DNA of 64,000 bases from Balanoglossus misakiensis. Its lineage: Eukaryota; Animalia; Hemichordata. The DNA is taken from assembly GCA_040954595.2 (NCBI GenBank), contig CM082576.2, positions 18,461,028 to 18,525,027 on the forward strand, in the 5' to 3' direction. Positions within the stretch are counted from its first letter, which is position 1; every line of letters starts with the position of its first letter. The notes below the pieces were generated by a model, which saw only the letters and a program-made list of their open reading frames with translations, was not told the origin of the DNA and did not search any database. Of this stretch, positions 12,901 to 24,900 are shown one piece after another. The translations under genes were made by a program, and so were the position numbers.

Positions 12901-15900
12901 GACGATTGCATTCAAAGGCTTGTCTTTAGGTTTGGTGGGCGCCAACAAATTACTGAGCGTAGAATACGCTTCCGGTCCGATTTTACTGAGAAAAATCGCT
13001 CGTTTTCTGCCTTGGACAACTGCATTCGCCTCAGCGTGTACTTCACCTGGAACTTCCACGATGTTGTTCGCCTCAAAGAACATTTCCATCCGCTCTACAT
13101 ACGAACTGAATGTCTCTCGATCTGGCGAAAACTCACCGACACTTCCAACAAACCCAGTTGCTGCCATTGCTAGTGTGACAAAGTTTGATTACCGCTCGTC
13201 CTGGTCACGTAGGAACTTTCACTTCGTAGTTCTCTGACAAAAGTCTAATGTTCTACTCTGGAATTCTCTCGTGCTACTCAGCGCACGTAGGAAGCCACCA
13301 TCCTCGTCGCCAAAATGTAATATATTGATATATTATTGTGGGCTCATTCCTAGAGAGATTAGACAGACGCAGGACATGTTCAACTGAACGACAGCCGTGC
13401 TGCTTCTTTATTGCTAACTGCGCATGCTCACAAGCACAGCCTCGTACACAGCACTTTTACATAGCAGTTAATATACCAATACATAACAATTCTCATGCTC
13501 CTCCTTTATTACTTACAGGATGGAGACACTCCTTTGCATTATGCAGCAAGGGATGGTGATGAAGGCCATGTCAGATTGTTATTGGAACACAAAGCTGATG
13601 TTTACATACAAAACAAGGTAAATACCAACCTGACTGCTGCAGGTTTATTCTATCAGTGCGGATATATTTATTCATTTATTTGTTTGTTTGTTCGTTTACG
13701 GAAATTTCACATTATATTTCAATTTTTGTGACATTATTCTCATGCTCCTCCTTCAGTACTTACAGGATGGAAACACTCCTTTGCATTATGCAGCAAGGAG
13801 GGTTGGCAAAGGCCTTGTCAGATTGTTATTGGAACACAAAGCTGATGCTAACATACAAAACAAGGTAAATACCAACCTGACTTCAGCAGGTTTATTCTAT
13901 CAATGCGGATATATTTATTCATTCATTTGTATGTTTGTTTGTTTAAGGAAATTTCACATTAGATTTCAACTTTTGTGACATTATTCTCATGCTCCTCCTT
14001 CATTACTTACAGGATGGAGACACTCCTTCGCATGATGCAGCAAGGAGGGATGGTGGTGAAGGCCTTGTCAGATTGTTATTGGAACACAAAGCTGATGCTA
14101 ACATACAAAACAAGATAAATACCAACCTGACTTCAGCAGGTTTATTCTATCAATGCGGATATATTTATTCATTTATTTGTTTGTTTGTTTGTTTAAGGAA
14201 ATTTCACATTAGATTTCAATTTTTGTGACATTATTCTCATGCTCCTCCTTCATTACTTACAGGATGGAGACACTCCTTCGCATGATGCAGCAAGGAGGGA
14301 TGGTGGTGAAGGCCTTGTCAGATTGTTATTGGAACACAAAGCTGATGCTAACATACAAAACAAGGTAAATACCAACCTGACTTCTGCAGGTTAATTCTGA
14401 AAGTATTGAAATATTTTTTTGTTTTTTTTTTGTTTAAGGAAATTTCACATTATATTTCAATTTTTGTGACATTATTCTCATGCTCCTCGTTTATTACTTA
14501 CAGGATGGAGACACTCCTTTGCATTATGCAGCAAGGAGGGTTGGTGGTGAAGGCCTTGTCAGATTGTTATTGGAACACAAAGCTGATGTGACAATACAAA
14601 ACAAGGTAAATACCAACCTGACTTCTGCAGGTTTATTCTATCAATGCGGATATATTTATTCATTTATTTGTTTGTTTGTTTGTTTATGGAAATTTCACAT
14701 TAGATTTCAATTTTTGTGACATTATTCTCATGCTCCTCCTTCATTACTTACAGGATGGAGACACTCCTTTGCATTATGCAACAAGGAGGGTTGGTGGTGA
14801 ATGCCTTGTCAGATTGTTATTGGAACACAAAGCTGATGCTAACATACAAAACAAGGTAAATACCAACCTGACTTCAGCAGGTTTATTCTATCACTGCGGA
14901 TATATTTATTCATTTATTTGTTTGTTTGTTTGTTTGTTTAATGAAATTTCACATTAGATTTCAATTTTTGTGACATTATTCTCATGCTCCTCCTTCATTA
15001 CTTACAGGATGGAGACACTCCTTCGCATGATGCAGCAAGGAGGGATGGTGGTGAAGGCCTTGTCAGATTGTTATTGGAACACAAAGCTGATGCTAACATA
15101 CAAAACAAGGTAAATACCAACCTGACTTCAGCAGGTTTATTCTATCAATGCGGATATATTTATTCATTTATTTGTTTGTTTGTTTGTTTAAGGAAATTTC
15201 ACATTAGATTTCAATTTTTGAGACATTATTCTCATGCTCCTCCTTCATTACTTACAGGATGGAGACACTCCTTCGCATGATGCAGCAAGGAGGGATGGTG
15301 GTGAAGGCCTTGTCAGATTGTTATTGGAACACAAAGCTGATGTGACCATACAAAACAAGGTAAATACCAACCTGACTTCTGCAGGTTAATTCTGAAAGTA
15401 TTGAAAGATTTTTTTGTTGTTGTTTTTTTGTTTAAGGAAATTTCACATTACATTTCAATTTTGTGACATTATTCTCATGCTCCTCCTTCATTACTTACAG
15501 ACAGGAGACACCCCTTTGCATGATGCAGCAAGGAGGGATGATGGTGAAGGCCTTGTCAGATTGTTATTGGAACACAAAGCTGATGCTAACATACAAAACA
15601 AGGTAAATACCAACCTGACTTCTGCAGGTTTATTCTATCAATGCGGATATATTTATTCATTTATTTGTTTGTTTGTTTGTTTTTTTGTTTGTTTGTTTGT
15701 TTGTTTGTTTGTTTGTATAAGAAAACACATTTCATTTCAATTTTTGTGACATTGTTCTCATGCTCTTCCTTCATGACTTACAGAAAGGAGACCCCTTTGC
15801 ATTTTGCAGCATATGTCATATAATTTTGTCATTGTCCTTTGAATCAAAACTGCTCACTCTGTCGGGTCAGGTGTTATACAGGCAGGTGTGGAAACGATTT

Positions 15901-18900
15901 GCATTCCTTTCTTTCTTTCTTTGTTAATCAATCAATTGTTGTTCTATTCATTGATCATCACCCCCCTGTATCATGAACATCACAAGGCAATGCATTGAAT
16001 TCAGCTCTTCCAGCTAGTGGCCGCACTTGCTTGATTTCCTGCGTGTGTCTCTGGGGATGAAAAGAATGCATATGCGTCTTTTCCTAATTTGCATATTTTC
16101 AATGGGTGTTCCAACGTGAGTAACCGTTCATTGACTTCCAGCTCGCATCGAATACACGTTAGGGACTGTTTTTACGGCTGGGGGGGGGCAAGTTTGGGTC
16201 ATCGATTTTCAAAATCAGGCCGACCCCCCCTTCACCCTGGACCAAAAAATGATGACCCCCCCTTTGACAGACCCAAAATATGATGACCCCCCCCCCCCCC
16301 CCCCCGCTGAAAACATTCGCCGTGCTGATCCTATGTACACTGTATGCAATAAAGGGAATGAGGCTCCTCACACCTCAATTATAAATTTCTTAAAGTAATT
16401 GAAGTATATATAATAGTATATCGTTGCAATAAAAAATATATGAACAAAATAAAATGACAAGTCAATACAATAGAAAATTTAAGAAAATTTTGTAAAATAC
16501 GGTGCTCAAAGTTGCATTCGAATGAACTCTAAAGCAAATTAACTCAATGTTAGGCAGGACAAATTTTAATTTTGCCACTCCACTCAAAGTAAACATCGGG
16601 GGTAGGGTGGGTAGAAGTCTGCCGTGGTACACTAGACAAACCAGCGAATAAATGATATGTGGCGAAGAATGGAGGGGGAGGGGTGTGCGAGGGGGTGTCC
16701 CCCTCCCACATAAGAAAATTTTGTAAAATATGTAGCTCAAAGTTGCATTTTTATGAACTCAAGAGCAAATTATCTCAGTGTTTGGGAGGACCTAAAATTT
16801 GACTTATAGGTGTGCGTGCCTCAATCATCTGATGAATGTATTCATCTATGAATGTGATCCATTTTCAGAACGTAGTGACTCCTTGTCAAGAGGCAGGAAG
16901 GAAGGCTGGGCGGGGTGCAGGCACCGATATTGCAAGAGCCTTTGTGGAATATCATTTTGACAATGAGAAAGTATATCAGGCAAGTATTGAGTTAGATTTA
17001 AAAGGGCAAGGTTACTCACTTTTGATAAAACAGTGAAATTGTGTCAGTTACCGACCACCTCTATATAGTGGCCACTTTGTTACAGTCCCTGTGCAGTTAA
17101 CATGGGCAATTATTGACTTGTATATACAGGCCACCTGTCTATTAAGGCCAATTTAGGAAAGTCACTCTGACTGGCCAATTTGGACTGTGAGATTTGGCTG
17201 TATTTCAGTTATTTACCAATTGGCTCTTTCTGTTGTTCTAAAAGATGCTCATTGACCAGTTTTATAAAGCTTACTGGCAACTCACACCTGACACATGGAT
17301 ATTTAAATCCATTTATTTTTTACCAAAATTATTTAACAATAGTGTCCATAATATGCATGGTGTGGTATAATTGTCATAATCCTGTACTTTACAGCTAGTT
17401 CATTTAAGCAATAAAACACCCCCAGCCATAGTATACCACTCGATTTTGACCAGTTCACGACATATACGCACTCGCTATCGCTCCTGCGTATATGTCGTGA
17501 ACTGGTCAAAATCGAGTGCGTATATGTCGTGAACTGGTCAAAATCGAGTGGTATACCATGGCTGGGGGTGTTTTATTGCTATTATATTATGCCAGTATAT
17601 TGAAACTTTGCATAAAACATTTTAAAAAGGCATTTTCTTTGACTATGCTATATGACTGTGGTATATGGCTAATATATCACAGTCACGTGTCGTGTCTCGA
17701 CCAATAAAATAGCGTGATTTACACCATCAATATACTGGTATAATATAATCAATCATATATGTTCTGTTTTCATCAATGAAAATACAGGCAGTTATAAACT
17801 CAGTGTATGACAGAGATGACAAAAGAGACCTGATCAACCATCATAAGGTACGTCATAATGTTGATAATAAATGGCTATGAAAACATATCATATCACTAGT
17901 GTATTTGAATTTATCTTCTATATTTATAACATGGAAAACATAAAACCAGACTGTCATATAAATTTTTAACTACATACTTATTCTATTGTGCCAGCTAGGA
18001 AGGCATTAAAGGGACATTACCTATAACTTTTGGCTTTATTTCCAGATTTTTTTCCTTTTGTGTACAAAATGCAATTTCATGTTCTTCTCCAAACTGCATG
18101 CTAATATGCCCAGTACTCAACTTGTGTATATTGCCTGTCTCTGTAACAACCATTGTTATTGTTGACTCATGAATTCTAGTCCGGACTTCAATTCAAATTT
18201 TGCAAAATAACAATGTTGAATATACACAAAGAGTACACAACTATCGAGGTGTGCGTCACAAAGAGATGACAAACTTATGCAAATAGAAGTTATGGAAAAA
18301 ATATGTTAAATTTGGCAGCTCATGAGGCTTTAACTATGCATTATTTCTATAGTGTTAATGATAGCTTCCACATCATAAGCACATCATAATAGTGTAGTTA
18401 ACAATGTAAATTATATTTTTTGATACTAGCGTTTTTATCAATATCTTTTCTGAAGCAAAATGTCATGTGACTTCTTTGAAGACATGGTGTTTAATTGAAA
18501 GGCATGTAAATTGAGTGTAAAAATTCCCAATATATATAACACATAACATATCTGTTCAAATTCTGACAGGTGTTTTCCCGCCAAAAAGAATTCACAGCAC
18601 TCATGAGACAACCTGGTGTCAAACGTAATACTACAAAGATTGTGTTAGCTGGATACGGTGCGAATGGCAAAACTACGCTCAAAGAATCATTGCAGCGGGT
18701 GTGTAGAAATCTTTGATTATAAATGCCAATTATTGCTGTTTTTGAGGAGTGAAGGATTTGTGCAAATATTAAAGTTTTCATGAAGACTACATTTCAGTGG
18801 AAATCAGGGTACATATTTTGTTGACCAACCAATTCTCCAAATATTTTATATTATTACAATATGATTGGCATTAATCAAGCTTGCTGATTGGCCCGAGTCG

Positions 18901-21900
18901 CGGTTTATATCCTCAACGAGAAGACCTGAACCCTGAACAGTGAATAACTAAAAAATAACCGAAATGGGACACATAGAACAGAACGCCTCGCCTCGCTCAG
19001 TGATTATTTCCCGCCAAATATGCTAAGTTTCACCTGGGAGGTCTTATATCCGGAATCAAATACTCTCGCTTGCCGTTTATAAGTTTACAACCTCTAAATT
19101 GTGAGAAAATCATCACTTATGTTCATATATTACAATGCAGAACTTTGTGCAAGCAAAATTGACTCGACGGTCAGAAGAGAAAGCACCTTTACCAGGGAAC
19201 ATGCAGTACACACCAACACCCGCCATAGATGTAGCCACATTATCCATACCCAAGATTGGCAAGTTCAGTGTGTGGGACTTTGCAGGACAAACAGAATACT
19301 ATGTCACACATAATATGTTCCTAAGAGTCGAGAATGCAGTGGTTTTATTGGTCTTCAAAATGGCTGAGGACAAGCAGGATGTAGTTTGGACACCAAGAAA
19401 ACTTATGCAACAGCAGAGACAAGAGGTGGGTTGTTGTTTTTTTGTTACTGATGATAAGTGATATTAATATTTTGGGCAATTATGGAATAAAGGTAAAGAT
19501 GAAACTCAGAAAGGGCACAGTGCATATATTACAATATTTTTTTTATTACTAAGCAGTGCATCAGTGAATTAGGTGGTGCAATATTGTGAATGAAATTAAA
19601 GTAAAGATGAATGGCACAGTATATATATTTGTGAAACATTTATCTCTTTTTGTTTTTATCCAGATTTAGGGACTGATTGAATATAATATGATTGATGACT
19701 TTATATTCTTCTTCATGTCTTTCTTTAATAGGTGACATCATGGCTTGCATTCCTTAAGGCAATCATACCACAAGATATGGATGAGGGTGGGAGTAAACCA
19801 AAAGTGATATTGATTGGAAGCAAGGCTGATTTGTTGAAAGCTGAACACAAGAAAGAAGGTATGTTCAGTACATGTTTAGATAAAAGGTGACAAGAGCGAG
19901 GGTATTCACACAATTGGGAGCCTGGTGTGGGAGTACACTCAATCTGATTAAAACCAGATGTAGTGTTGGGCGCTGTCTTTACCTTTGCTGATTCTTGGCT
20001 GTTCTGTTCGAAAGGGACACCCATACTACATCTGAACCTATGCAAAAGGAGATCTCATTACTATTCAACATTTTACCTATTCAGATAGTGTGATTGATGT
20101 AGAATTTCACCGGATGCTTTCAAAAAATACAAAACAGCACCAAAGTGGCCTCTTCTGTGTATATGTCCATACTTTGTAAATAAAAATATATCAAGAGATC
20201 ATTACTTTTTTCTTGATAGCTAAATTGGTGATGAGGGAAATACTCCAGACAGCTCAGAAGACCTTTGGCAAATACCTGAATATTCTTGATGAGACATTCA
20301 TACTGAATTGTCACAACTCGCAGCATAATGATATGCACAGATTGCGTGAATGTCTACGAAGTGCAAAGGTATGGTTTTATAGATATTCTGCAATGTGTGA
20401 CTGGATTGAACATGTTAATTCATTAGGGCCATATTTGACAAAGGCATGCTTTACATCACCTTAATACTCTCATGTAATGCATAGAGTCCAAGAAAGCCAA
20501 CTATCAGATAGTAATAACTGAACTCTTATCAGTGGGAAATAAGTCAAGGTTGTATACTTTTGACTTACCGGGTATCAGAACTGTCTAAAAGGGCGTTCTC
20601 ACTGGCACGTTTACACTGGTGCTACATCGGTGTAGATTTGACACCGACGGAAAAAAACAAGTGAGAACGCTTTACACCGGTGTTGGGCCGGTGTTAATTT
20701 GCGACAGCGATGGGTGGTGGGTCAGGGCCAGTGCTGGGCCAGCGCTCCGACGCAAATAATCAGTGAGAACGCAAAGATAAACAAACACCGTTCAAAAGCG
20801 CCACCCTGCAGTGCCTTTTGGGTATGTTTATTAGGTATAGCCCATTGTCTTTGGTCAGTTTCCATTGTTAAGTCAATCACACTGGATGCGAGTGGTTTTC
20901 AAACCATTCGCAGTTTGCCAGGTCTGCAACACTTCAGTCTGCTACCAACTTTCAGAAGGTTCTCTCGATCACCAAAAAGCCGAGGCATTTTCCATTTATG
21001 GATTAACATTCATTTACTTCTAAACATTATCAAAACTGTCACAAAGTCGTCTAGAACGTATATGCAGGTATATAAACTGCAACATGTTGCTGTAATGTCC
21101 TCGACATCCTCAATTTTGTTAGTTGCCGTGTTGCTAAACATGGCCATTTAGACAGTGTTTATTTCAAAACAGTGGCCAAAAGTTTAGTGTGTGGACGCAA
21201 GGAGATTCTGTGGGCTAATCCCCTGTGTTTGCAGAGAGTAAACACTGGCATAACACCGGTGTCCAAACTTTTAGTGAGAACAAGACTTTAAATAATGGGC
21301 TGTGTCTGTAAAGGGTGAATATCACTGTTGCCAGTATTGTTCGAGTTGCTTTTCTGAATGTTCATTTCACCAAACAACAGTATTATGGGGGTCATCGTTA
21401 AACCCCGGTGCGGGGTATAAAAGACCCCCCAAATCAGTGGCGAATCTTAATGCCGTTTGACTGACAACAGACAACACCAACGATCTTGGCTCTATGAAAA
21501 TCGGCCCAAACAGGTCCAAGCATAAAGAATTACACCACACAACGACAGTAGTTGGCTTTATAAACACACACAACATAAAGTTATCGACGAAAAAGTACAC
21601 GAGCTTATGAAACAACGATGATTTTGGGAGAAATCTGGTTTCAGTGCTTTTCAGAAGCGTCCCTGGGAAACAATAACCACGCCATTCAAACAGTTGTCAA
21701 TCGCGTGGAAGTGTGAAGTGTTCAATTATTTTCTGTGTACATGAGAGCAATTACACAGTCATTATGCACGACGACCACTCCCAAATAAACAACTATACAA
21801 ACACACGTTAATCCGAACCCCAGGACTTTCCGCACCGTGGTTTAAGACGTTTTTGAAACATCTCAGATGAAATACTGGCGTAAATTATCATGTGTGAATG

Positions 21901-24900
21901 GTTTAAGTGGTCCTGAAACGTCTCAGATTTGAGACGGCTTTGGTCAGACCTGAGCCAGTTTAAGGATTAACACCTCTCCGCAACCCATTGTTTGTGTGTG
22001 TGTACACAAGGCGACTTAAAGGATTAATGCTCTGTGTTTACTATTGGCAAATAGTGTCTATGAAATGTTTTGAATTTTACCCTGTCTGGACATGAACCTG
22101 GTATATGTCGCTGTGTTAATGTTACAGAGAGAAGAATACATACCAAAGTTGTGTGCTAAGATACTTGATGGAAGAAGCAAATGGATTGTGAGCAGTTTCC
22201 CGGTCATCAAATGGAAAACATATATAGAAAGAGTGAAAGAGTTGGATCGTTTCATTGATGAAGAGTTTCTAAAGAAAGCTACGCACTACCTTGGGGAGGT
22301 AAGTTTATTACAGAAATCGTTGCTGAAGACATTACCCCACTTGATCAGTAGGTTAAGAAATCCATGGAGGATACTGTAAAACAGGTTATTTCGCGAGCAA
22401 TAAATTTTCATGAAATATGCGAGAGCCCCCAAAAATGTGAAAATACAAAAGTCGCATAAAATGTTTTTTTTTTCTTAGATAACAATGCAGTTAGTGAAAT
22501 ACGAGAAAGCCAAAATTAATCCATGCATAACAGTTGCTTCTTTTGATATCGCGAAAATTTCCTGTCGCGAAAAGAACCTGTTTTACAGTATGAAGTCATA
22601 CTACAAGAAAATGTTCTCGCAAAGTTTGGAGAAAGTACAGTACTGCAATTATGTTTATCACAGAACAATTACTGATGAAACCTTTCCAAAGACCAACAGG
22701 AGTTCTGAAAGTTTTCTAGAAATTCTTTAAAACCTATCAATGCCAGGGTTCATCAAAAATAGGGGGCATCATTGACTTAAACATATAAACCATGGGATGT
22801 GAAAAACAAGTACTAATACAGAAACCAGAAATAACGCTGGAAAATTGGTTGACAGGGGGTGTGCTTGTGTCAACCGTTAAGTGCACTCTTTGTTTGATCA
22901 TGATTAGTGTCATACAAATTTAACCCTTAATAATAATAATAATAATAATACTTTATTTCAGACTTTAAAAAAAAGTCCATATACCCAAAAGAGAGAAGAA
23001 AAAAAAACACTAATGAAAATACTCTGGAAAATCTGAAACTGAGACACACACACACAAAAAAAAAACTCTGCAAAATTACATGATATACAATTGCTTTCGC
23101 CAATGTTTGAAAAATATGCTGTCAGTCGCTCTATCTGATGAACAGATCGCATCAAGTAAAACATTAGAAGAATTTTCGAGTCTACACTTAAAACTGTACA
23201 TATTGCGTCTAAAAACTTCACCAAGTGACAATACATGGTTTGTAGCAAACATACCCGATGCACTGCAAAATGGCGGAAGACCGAGAAGTCTTCTCCAAAC
23301 ATTATTGTACATAGTTTTAAATTTTTTCATCGGTTTAACTTTAAAGGATGCCCACAAACTGCAACAGTAAATATTACTACAATATGCCAAAAATACAACT
23401 TTCTTCACATCTTGACTACAATGTTGAAAATGTCTCAATAGCATGTTTGCTCTAACGCAAAATGCTCTTCTCTGTCGTTCAATATCTTCATTATCACAAC
23501 CATCACAAGATGGCCCAGATAGGTGTGTTCAGGTACAAACTTCAAAGTGATGTCATTAAGTTTAACCGAAGGAATTCTTTGAACGCTGATATTCTTCCCA
23601 TTAAAAAGCATGCACACAGTTTTACTAGAATTATAAATGATATCATAATCCTTGCCATAAATTTCACAAATTCTAAGAAGACGGCGTAGACCCTTAACAC
23701 TTGGACTGAGTAGAGTCATGTCGTCAGCGTAACCTGAAGTGTTAGCGCTGACACCACACATGGTACAGCCAACTTTGGCTTTACAGAGTGCATTGATAAG
23801 ATCATCAATGTAGACATTAAAAAGATAGGGAGAGAGTACTCCCCCTTGTCTTACACCGTTAGAAACAGAAAACAACTCTGAGGTTTCATTACCCCACAAC
23901 ACAGTAAACAATTGATTTCTGTACCAGTAATATAAAATTCGAACAGCATACAAGGGAACATTCCTGTCGATGAGCTTGTTAACCAGTTTAAAGTGATTAA
24001 CTCTGTCAAAAGCTTTTGAAGCATCCAGAAAACAAGTAAACACTGGTCCTCCATTGCTGGTGTAGTAGCTAATGATTTCTTTAAATGCAAATAAACACAG
24101 GTCAGTTGAATGTTCTCGCTTGAAACCAAATTGTAAATAATGAGAGGTAAGAAACTCCTCACAACGAGAAAGTAAAATATGCTCAAAAACTTAAGAGAAA
24201 ACAGTTGCTAGTGCTATCGGCCGGTAGTTACTGGCATCACTACAAAGCTTAGTTTTATCCTTAATAATTGGAACTAAAATAACTTTGATAGCCTCAGTTG
24301 GCAGGTAACCATGAACAATCATAGCATTAATACAACAAGTCAAAATGGGTAAAATAGAGGAGTCTGAGAATTTGAGGTGCTCAGCTGAAATATTGTCAAT
24401 GCCAGCTGTCTTGTCGTCAGGTAACTTATGTATAGCAGAAATTACTTCGTCTTCAGAAACATACATATCAGAAGAAAAGTTAACATACTTCATTTTCTCC
24501 TCGATGTCATTTTTACCAGTCTGAGCCTGGACAGAATTCAAAATATCACTGAAATGCTTGTGCCACATAATTGCAATTTCACTCTCACCAGTCGCTCCAC
24601 CTACAGTGTCAGAAAGTGGCGTTTTTCTGCTAGTTTGCTTTCTGACTTCCTTCCAGAAGTCGTTCTGTTTGTGGCAGCATAAATTGTCAGCCATCTTGTC
24701 AGCCCTATTTTGATTCTCAATCTTTTTACAAGCACGTAAAGCATACTTAAAACGAGCTCTGAAAGATTTCTTGGTTTCAAAAAGCGGGCCTTGTTTAGGT
24801 TTACCCCCATTAACCCATAATAAAAACATGGAACGGGCATAGTCGTGACTTTCTTTTACAAAATCGTTCCAGCCAGGTACAACATGAACTTTCTGGTGAA

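Larger units (their letters stand above)
3100..15810 (+). repeat. Tandem array of single-ankyrin exon cassettes (21 complete exons plus 1 truncated unit)
   Basis: Exons, each preceded by ttacttacag or a close variant and followed by gtaaataccaac: 3151-3249, 3415-3516, 6307-6408, 6580-6681, 6842-6943, 7096-7194, 7334-7432, 7581-7682, 7831-7932, 8081-8182, 8331-8432, 8581-8682, 13519-13617, 13766-13864, 14013-14114 (donor AT instead of GT), 14263-14364, 14504-14605, 14754-14855, 15008-15109, 15258-15359, 15501-15602. Degenerate unit at ~15784-15810. Consensus xGDTPLHxAARRxxGEGLVRLLLEHKADxxIQNK. Confidence 0.95.

Noticed and set aside
9172-13237. Plus-strand ORFs overlapping Gypsy pol (also those within 52900-61700)
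   Set aside because: Antisense or alternative-frame shadows of long coding sequences with no motifs.
6250-15800. Regular ~250-bp repeats as a CRISPR array or diversity-generating retroelement (repeats next to an RT)
   Set aside because: The units are spliceosomal exon+intron cassettes without unique spacers or cas genes. The RT belongs to an ordinary Gypsy with LTRs and a TSD, and variation is not adenine-specific.
6256-15823. Many 60-110 aa ORFs (MLLLHYLQDGD...FQFL) as separate small genes
   Set aside because: They are single ankyrin exons read through flanking intron sequence; splice signals bound the ankyrin part exactly.
20699-21151. 150-aa ORF with a near-identical partner at 48850-49134
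   Set aside because: Chance ORF inside a non-autonomous repeat; no transposase motifs.
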